DNA from: Spirochaetales bacterium
Lineage (GTDB): Bacteria; Spirochaetota; Spirochaetia; JABEVK01
Reading direction: 5' to 3'
Length of the DNA stretch: 64,000 nt
Assembly: GCA_037142615.1 (NCBI GenBank)
Contig: JBAXAI010000013.1
Span: 1-64,000 of the forward strand
Shown here: one piece after another, positions 58,417 to 64,000 of the stretch
Layout: each line of letters begins with the position of its first letter
Numbering within the stretch: position 1 is the stretch's first letter
Program-made: the position numbers and the translations under genes
Notes under the pieces: model-generated
What the model saw: only the letters and a program-made list of their open reading frames with translations
Told to the model about the DNA's origin: nothing
The model's database searches: none

Positions 58417-59430
58417 ATGAGTCCACCAAGGGTCACGATGAAAAGTCTGGCGGCAGAACTGGGGGTTTCGCGCTCCACCGTGTCGTTTGTGCTGGGCGGC
58501 GAGGCCGACAAACGGCGCATTCACCCCGATACGGCCCAAAGGATCTTGCTCCGTGCCACCGAGCTCGGCTTCCGTCCCGACTACTTTGCGCAGGCCTTGA
58601 ACACGCGCCGCACCGGGTCGATCGGCTTGGTGTTTCCCGACGTGCACGAGGCCTACATGTCGCAAATGGTGCGAGGCATCGACGAGGTTCTGGGGCAGCA
58701 CAGCGCTCTGATGGTGCTCACCTCGAGCCGGCTGGACCGGGTTGTGGAGCGGCGCAACGTCGAGTCGCTCTTGCACCGGGGCATCGACGGCCTGCTCGTG
58801 GTGCCCTGCGCCGACTTCCGGGGCACGGTCAGCTCGGTTTCTCCGCTTTCGGACGTGTTGAGGCAAGCGGGCGTACCCGTGGTGGCGATCGACCGGGTTC
58901 CCGCTGGTTGGGTGGGCGATTGCGTGGTTCAGGACGACCAGGCGGCAGCGCGGCGCATCGTGGAGCGCCTCTTGAACGGTGGCGCGCGGCGGGTGGCCCT
59001 CGTGTCGTTTGACCTGGAGGCCTCGAGCTTGGACCATCGCCGCCAGGGCTATCTCGAGGCCCTGGCGGGCGCTGGGTTGGAGCCGGATCCGAGGCTCAGT
59101 GTGCTTCTGACCGAGGTTAACCCTGCGTCGACCGATCTTTCGCGCTCAGTTTCCCGCTTGCTCGCGTTGCCACCCGACGAGCGGCCCGACGCCTGGTTTG
59201 TCACCACCGCCGGGTTGGCCTACCGCACGCGCGAAGTGGTGGCCCAGCAGCAAGGCTTTCCCCCGCCAGGGATGGCCCGCTTTGGAGCCGACCCGGCGTA
59301 TCACCCCAGCGGAATGTATTCGGTGGTTCAGCCGCACCAGGCTTTGGGTCGCCGGGCCGCGGAATTGCTGTTCCAGCGTTTGCGTGACCCTTCGGGACCG
59401 CCGGTGCAGGACCTCGTTGCAACCAGTTGA
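58417..59430 (+). CDS. LacI family transcriptional regulator
   Basis: HTH VTMKSLAAELGVSRSTVSFVL, GFRPDYFAQAL, periplasmic-binding-like core. ATG 58417 with TATTCT 6 nt upstream. Confidence 0.93.
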   Translation: MSPPRVTMKSLAAELGVSRSTVSFVLGGEADKRRIHPDTAQRILLRATELGFRPDYFAQALNTRRTGSIGLVFPDVHEAYMSQMVRGIDEVLGQHSALMVLTSSRLDRVVERRNVESLLHRGIDGLLVVPCADFRGTVSSVSPLSDVLRQAGVPVVAIDRVPAGWVGDCVVQDDQAAARRIVERLLNGGARRVALVSFDLEASSLDHRRQGYLEALAGAGLEPDPRLSVLLTEVNPASTDLSRSVSRLLALPPDERPDAWFVTTAGLAYRTREVVAQQQGFPPPGMARFGADPAYHPSGMYSVVQPHQALGRRAAELLFQRLRDPSGPPVQDLVATS

Positions 59431-59438
59431 AGTTTGAG

Positions 59439-59467
59439 TTGACGGGTCAGCTAACCTAGGTTAGCAT
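59439..59467 (+). promoter_or_regulatory. Sugar-operon promoter with overlapping perfect 16-bp palindromic operator
   Basis: TTGACG (59439-59444)-N17-TAGCAT (59462-59467). Palindrome GCTAACCTAGGTTAGC at 59450-59465, directly downstream of the LacI gene. Confidence 0.8.
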
Positions 59468-59487
59468 GAACCGAGGATGAACAGAAA

Positions 59488-60153
59488 ATGAAACGCAGCG
59501 AACTCAACACCCTTCTCAGGAAGGGGCAAGCCTTTTTCGACCAGCATCAGTTCCGGCTTCCCGTGTGGGCCGCCTGGAGCCCCACCGACTGGAAGAAGCT
59601 CGGGGCACCCGGACAGGAGATCCGCAGCTGCCAGTTGGGGTGGGACCTCACCGACTTTGGTTCGGGCAACTTCGCCGAGCGGGGGCTGTTCCTGTTCACC
59701 GTGCGCAACGGCGGACCCGGAAGCGACAAAACCTACGCCGAAAAAATCATGATCGTCGGCGAGGGCCAAGAAACCCCTTGCCACTTCCACTTTCAAAAGA
59801 CCGAAGACATCATCAACCGCGGTGGCGGCGTGCTGGTGCTGCAACTCTGGAACTCGACTCCGCAAGGCGAGCTCGCAACTACCGAGGTTCAGGTAAGCGT
59901 CGATGGAATCCGGCGCACGCTTCCGGCCGGTGCCTTTGTGCGCCTGACGCCGGGCGAAAGCATCTGCCTCGAAACCGGCCTGTACCACCGGTTTTTCGGC
60001 GAAGGCGGCACCGTGCTCGTCGGCGAGGTCAGCCAGGTCAACGACGACCACACCGACAACCGTTTTCTCGAGCCCGTCGGCCGGTTCCCGCAGATCGAAG
60101 AAGACGAAGCCCCGTGGCGCCTGTTGGTGTCGGACTATCCCCAATGGGCGTGA
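59488..60153 (+). CDS. D-lyxose/D-mannose family sugar isomerase (cupin)
   Basis: MKRSELN, LGWDLTDFG, FTVRNG, YAEKIM, PCHFHFQKTEDIINRGGG, GEVSQVNDD.TDN.F. Confidence 0.93.
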   Translation: MKRSELNTLLRKGQAFFDQHQFRLPVWAAWSPTDWKKLGAPGQEIRSCQLGWDLTDFGSGNFAERGLFLFTVRNGGPGSDKTYAEKIMIVGEGQETPCHFHFQKTEDIINRGGGVLVLQLWNSTPQGELATTEVQVSVDGIRRTLPAGAFVRLTPGESICLETGLYHRFFGEGGTVLVGEVSQVNDDHTDNRFLEPVGRFPQIEEDEAPWRLLVSDYPQWA

Positions 60154-61355
60154 AGTTCCGCCTTGCCGGTACCGGCTGTTGCCTGCTCGACATCATTCAC
60201 AACCGGATGGACTTTGGCTCGCCGCAAATGGCCCGCTACCGGTCCCGTTCACCGGGGGATGGGGGGCTGGAGCCGGGAAAACTTGTCTTCAATGAAGATT
60301 TTGAGCGCTTCGCCGGTCAGGAATGCCTGCCTGCCCTCGTCGAACTGACGGGCGGACGCGAGCCCGACGCGCGCAACATCGGCGGCCCCGGCGTGGTGGC
60401 CCTCATCCATGCCGCGCAATTGCTCGATCCCGAGCTGTTCGACGTGCAGTTCACCGGAACTCTGGGTCACGACGCCGTGGCGGGTGAAATGGAGCGCCTG
60501 CTGGGCCGCACTCCGCTCTCGACCTGGGACTTTCTGAGTCTGCCGGGGGTCACGCCGTTCACCTACGTGCTGTCTGACCCTTCGTTCGATGGGGGGCGGG
60601 GCGAGCGAAGCTTTTTGAACAACATCGGCACGGCGGGCCAGTTGCGTCCCCAGCATCTGCCGGCCTCGTTGCTGACCGCCGATCTGGTGGTGTTTGGTGG
60701 CACGGGCCTGGTGCCGCAGATCCACGATGCGCTCGATGAGCTGCTGCCCCGCGCCCGCGCCAACGGGGCCTTCACCGTGGTCAACACTGTTTACGACTTT
60801 CGCCACCAGAGGCAGGACCCGACGGGGCGCTGGCCTTTGGGCAACAGTGACCGCTCGTACGCCGCCACCGATCTGCTGGTTTGTGACCACGAAGAAGCGC
60901 TGCGTCTGGCCGGGGCGTCGTCGATCCCCGAGGCGCTCGATTTTTTTATGGCCAAAGGAGTTGGCGCGGCCGTGGTGACCAACGGGGCCCGCGACATCGA
61001 GGTGGCCGTCGGTTCGCCGCGCTACGGCGGGCCAAAGCGCTGGCTCCAGCCGGCCTCGCGCGCCCTTGTCGACGAGCTGGCCCAGCACCCCGAGCGCAAG
61101 GGTGACACCACGGGAGCGGGCGACAACTTCGCTGGCGGGGTCATCGTGTCGGTGGCCGAGCAACTGCAGAAGGGCAGGGGCGGGGCCGACCCGGGCACCA
61201 TCGACCTGGACGAGGCGGTGGCCTGGGGCGCCGTCAGTGGCGGTTGCGCGTGCTTCCACCTCGGCGGGGTGGACTACGAAAGCCACCGGGGCGAAAAGCG
61301 GGCCCGGCTGGAACCGTATTTGCAGGCCTACCGGCAAGACCGGAAGAGAGGGTAA
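60150..61355 (+). CDS. PfkB family carbohydrate kinase
   Basis: NIGGPG, GERSFL, VTNGA, DTTGAGDNFAGG. GTG overlapping the upstream stop (alternative ATG 60144). Confidence 0.9.
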   Translation: MKFRLAGTGCCLLDIIHNRMDFGSPQMARYRSRSPGDGGLEPGKLVFNEDFERFAGQECLPALVELTGGREPDARNIGGPGVVALIHAAQLLDPELFDVQFTGTLGHDAVAGEMERLLGRTPLSTWDFLSLPGVTPFTYVLSDPSFDGGRGERSFLNNIGTAGQLRPQHLPASLLTADLVVFGGTGLVPQIHDALDELLPRARANGAFTVVNTVYDFRHQRQDPTGRWPLGNSDRSYAATDLLVCDHEEALRLAGASSIPEALDFFMAKGVGAAVVTNGARDIEVAVGSPRYGGPKRWLQPASRALVDELAQHPERKGDTTGAGDNFAGGVIVSVAEQLQKGRGGADPGTIDLDEAVAWGAVSGGCACFHLGGVDYESHRGEKRARLEPYLQAYRQDRKRG

Positions 61356-61356
61356 G

Positions 61357-62544
61357 ATGCCGCGTTTTGTGCAGTTCGGCGCCGGAAACATCGGGCGCTC
61401 GTTCATCGGCCGCCTGTTTGCCGAAGCTGGCTACGAGACGGTGTTCGTCGATGTCGATGTGACGCTGGTGGGCCTCCTCAATGCGCGGGGTTCCTACCCG
61501 GTGGTGGTCAAGCAGACTGGCCTGGCCGACGAAGTCCGCACGGTGACCGGGGTGCGGGCCGTGAATGGCCGCGACCTTCCTGCGGTGATTGCCGAAGTTT
61601 TTGCCGCCGATTACGCTGCGACCTCGGTGGGGCAGCGGGCGCTGGAGTCGGTGCTGCCCGTGCTCGCCCAAGGCTTGGTGGCGCGCCAGCAGGCCGGCCG
61701 ACCCGCCCTGACTCTCATCATCGCCGAAAACCTCCGAGGGGGAGCCGAGTTCTTCCGCCAGACGCTGAAAAAGGCGCTCCCGGCCGACTTCCCACTCGAG
61801 AGGGCCGTGGGACTGGTCGAAACCAGCATCGGCAAAATGGTGCCGCTCATGCCCCGCGAGGCCCTCGAAGACGACCCGTTGCAGCTGTTCGCTGAGCCCT
61901 ACGACACGCTCATTGTGGATCGCAAGGGGTTCGCGGGACCTCTGCCCAAGTTAGCCGGACTCAAACCTGTCGACAACGTGCCGGCCTACGTGGACCGCAA
62001 ACTGTTCATGCACAACATGAGCCACGCCGCCACGGCCTACCTCGGTTACGAGGCCGACCCCTCGTTGGTTTGGGTTTGGCAGGCCCTGGAGCTTCCGCGC
62101 GTCGTCGCCGGTGTCGCTCGGGCCCTCGACCAGAGCGCTTCGGCCTTGCTGGCAGCCTACCCCGGGGAGTTCTCTTCGGCGGACTTGAGCGAGCACGCGC
62201 GGGATCTGCTGACGCGTTACCGCAACCGGGCCTTGGGTGACACCCTGCACCGCGTGGGCCGCGACCTTGCGCGCAAACTGTCGCGCGACGATCGCCTGAT
62301 CGGGGCCTGCCTGCTGGCCGACCGGCACGGTTTGCCCTACGACGCCATCGCCCGCGCGGCCGGGGCGGCCCTGAGCTTCGCGGCGCCCGACGAAAACGGC
62401 CGGCACCTGCCCGGCGACGAAGCGCTGCGAAGTGCCCTCCTGGCCAGCGGGGCCAAGTCGGTGCTGGCCGGTGCCAGCGGCTTGGATCCCGGGCGACTCC
62501 GTGAGGCTGCAGTGCTCGCCGCTTGCCTGAAGGCGCAGGCCTAG
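61357..62544 (+). CDS. mtlD: Mannitol-1-phosphate 5-dehydrogenase family protein
   Basis: QFGAGNIGRSFIG, TSVG, IAEN, RKLFMHNMSHA, RVGRDLARKL..DDRL. Confidence 0.85.
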   Translation: MPRFVQFGAGNIGRSFIGRLFAEAGYETVFVDVDVTLVGLLNARGSYPVVVKQTGLADEVRTVTGVRAVNGRDLPAVIAEVFAADYAATSVGQRALESVLPVLAQGLVARQQAGRPALTLIIAENLRGGAEFFRQTLKKALPADFPLERAVGLVETSIGKMVPLMPREALEDDPLQLFAEPYDTLIVDRKGFAGPLPKLAGLKPVDNVPAYVDRKLFMHNMSHAATAYLGYEADPSLVWVWQALELPRVVAGVARALDQSASALLAAYPGEFSSADLSEHARDLLTRYRNRALGDTLHRVGRDLARKLSRDDRLIGACLLADRHGLPYDAIARAAGAALSFAAPDENGRHLPGDEALRSALLASGAKSVLAGASGLDPGRLREAAVLAACLKAQA

Positions 62545-62545
62545 C

Positions 62546-63658
62546 GTGGCCCGCCTCGGTGGACGGGAATGGACGCGTCGTGAGTTGGTGGCGCGGTTTG
62601 GCGACCCGGCGCAGGTCGCTGGAATGCGGCCCAGCGTGTTGCGCGGGGGCAACGCTGAGGGCGTCGAAGCGCTCGAGGTTTGGACCGGCAGCGGACTGGC
62701 CTTCACCGTGCTCCCGGGGCGGGGCCTGGACGTGGCGAACGCCACGTGGAAGGGCCAGTCGCTGTGTTGGCTCTCACCGACGGGCATTGTGTCGCCCGCC
62801 CACGCCGAGGAACCCGACGCCGGCTGGCTGCGCAGCTTTGGCGGGGGCCTGTTGGCCACCTGCGGTTTGAGCAACGTGGGGCCCCCCGTGGCCGAGCGGG
62901 GAAAAGCTTACGGGCTGCACGGCCGCATCGGCACGCAGGGGGCCGAAAACCTCGCCGTGACACAGGAGTGGGCCGGCGACGAGTTTTTGCTGTCCGTTCG
63001 GGGCACCCTGCGCGAGGCGGCCGTCTTTGGCGAAAACCTACGTTTGACGCGCACGCTTTCGACCCGGCTCGGCGCCACTGGTTTCTCCCTTGACGACCGC
63101 GTGGAGAATCTGGGTTTTGAAGCCCAACCCTTGGCCCTGCTCTACCACTTTAACTTCGGATCGCCGCTGTTGGGCCCAGGAGCCCGCGTCGTGGCGCCCA
63201 TCGTGGCCACCGAAGCGCGCGACGAGGTGGCGAGGGCCGACCGTGGCGTCGAAACCTGCCGAGTCTTCCCACCGCCCACGCACGGCTTTCGCGAAAAAGT
63301 GTACTTCCACACCCTGGCGCCCGGCGCTGACGGGCGCACGTTTGTCGCTCTCGTCAACGACACCGGCGCTTCCCCCTGGGGGGTCGTCCTGCGCTGGAGC
63401 CAAGAACAGCTGCCCTGTTTCACCCAGTGGACCATGGCCGGCGAGGGAACCTACGTGTTGGGCCTGGAGCCCGGCACCGTGGTGCCTTTGGGCCGCAGTG
63501 CCCTTCGGGAGGTGGGCCGCCTCCCGCTCCTGGAGCCCCACAGCACGCGCGACTTTCACCTCGAGGTCGAGGTGCTCGACACTCCGCAGGCCCTGACGCG
63601 CCTGGAGGATGAAGCGCGCGCTCGAGGGACGCCCGGCCCATCGCTCAAACCAGCCTGA
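62546..63658 (+). CDS. Aldose 1-epimerase-like protein (DUF4432)
   Basis: VLPGRGLDV, WLRSFGGGLLATCGL, LHGRI, LYHFNFG, YVLGLEPGT. Confidence 0.88.
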   Translation: MARLGGREWTRRELVARFGDPAQVAGMRPSVLRGGNAEGVEALEVWTGSGLAFTVLPGRGLDVANATWKGQSLCWLSPTGIVSPAHAEEPDAGWLRSFGGGLLATCGLSNVGPPVAERGKAYGLHGRIGTQGAENLAVTQEWAGDEFLLSVRGTLREAAVFGENLRLTRTLSTRLGATGFSLDDRVENLGFEAQPLALLYHFNFGSPLLGPGARVVAPIVATEARDEVARADRGVETCRVFPPPTHGFREKVYFHTLAPGADGRTFVALVNDTGASPWGVVLRWSQEQLPCFTQWTMAGEGTYVLGLEPGTVVPLGRSALREVGRLPLLEPHSTRDFHLEVEVLDTPQALTRLEDEARARGTPGPSLKPA

Positions 63659-63671
63659 GGAGGCCCAGATC

Positions 63672-64000
63672 ATGTCCGATTTCCTGTTGTCGCCGCTGGC
63701 CGGCTTGGCTGGCCTGTCGCGCCGTGAGTTCCGCTCCATCAGCGCCGAAAATCCCACCGGCGAAAAAGGGCGCGGCGGCCTGGCCACCGAAGGCACCGGC
63801 AAAAACTGCGCCCGCGATCTGGGCATCGGCTGGAAGATCTCGCCCAACTACGAGCTGGCCGCCGGCGAGACCCGCGTGCTGGCCGAGATGGCGGGCCCGG
63901 GCATTTTGCAGCACTGGTGGATCACCACGCCCGCCGACGTGTGGCGCGACCTGATTCTGCGCGTGTGGTGGGACGGCGAGGCCGAGCCGTCGGTTGAGGT
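63672..64000 (+). CDS. Second GH172 (DUF2961) glycoside hydrolase, truncated by the window edge
   Basis: Not in the ORF track. ATG 63672 with GAGG RBS reads MSDFLL...RSISAENPTGEKGRGG...GWKISP...GPGILQHWWIT...LRVWWDGEAEPSVE. Confidence 0.9.
   Translation, partial: MSDFLLSPLAGLAGLSRREFRSISAENPTGEKGRGGLATEGTGKNCARDLGIGWKISPNYELAAGETRVLAEMAGPGILQHWWITTPADVWRDLILRVWWDGEAEPSVE

Overview
High-GC bacterial chromosome segment, most likely from a free-living spirochaete. This is inferred from a Borrelia-like mevalonate cluster beside mnmA, a RelA/SpoT-TPR protein, and FGE-sulfatase/RCC1 lipoproteins. Bases 1-7.5 kb are the right end of a defence island: the tail of a BREX locus (pglZ type B, brxL) preceded by a lower-GC ABC-ATPase + TOPRIM-like pair (PARIS/OLD-like architecture) and a Fic protein. 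The rest is mostly housekeeping and metabolic: a diguanylate cyclase, a MutS-V ATPase, metY, trpB2, DNA polymerase II, surface lipoproteins, a six-gene mevalonate pathway split by a cNMP-binding gene, mnmA, pgsA, a eukaryote-type chorismate mutase, phoD, prfA-prmC, a nucleotidase + alarmone synthetase-TPR operon, and a LacI-controlled sugar cluster with two GH172 glycosidases. Window-wide patterns: 14 genes have a -10 hexamer exactly 6 nt before the ATG (leaderless architecture), two genes appear to start at a CTG overlapping the upstream TGA, and three genes are eroded by internal deletions. No rRNA, tRNA, CRISPR array, integrase or transposase was seen. All family calls come from motif recognition by eye, not database searches.
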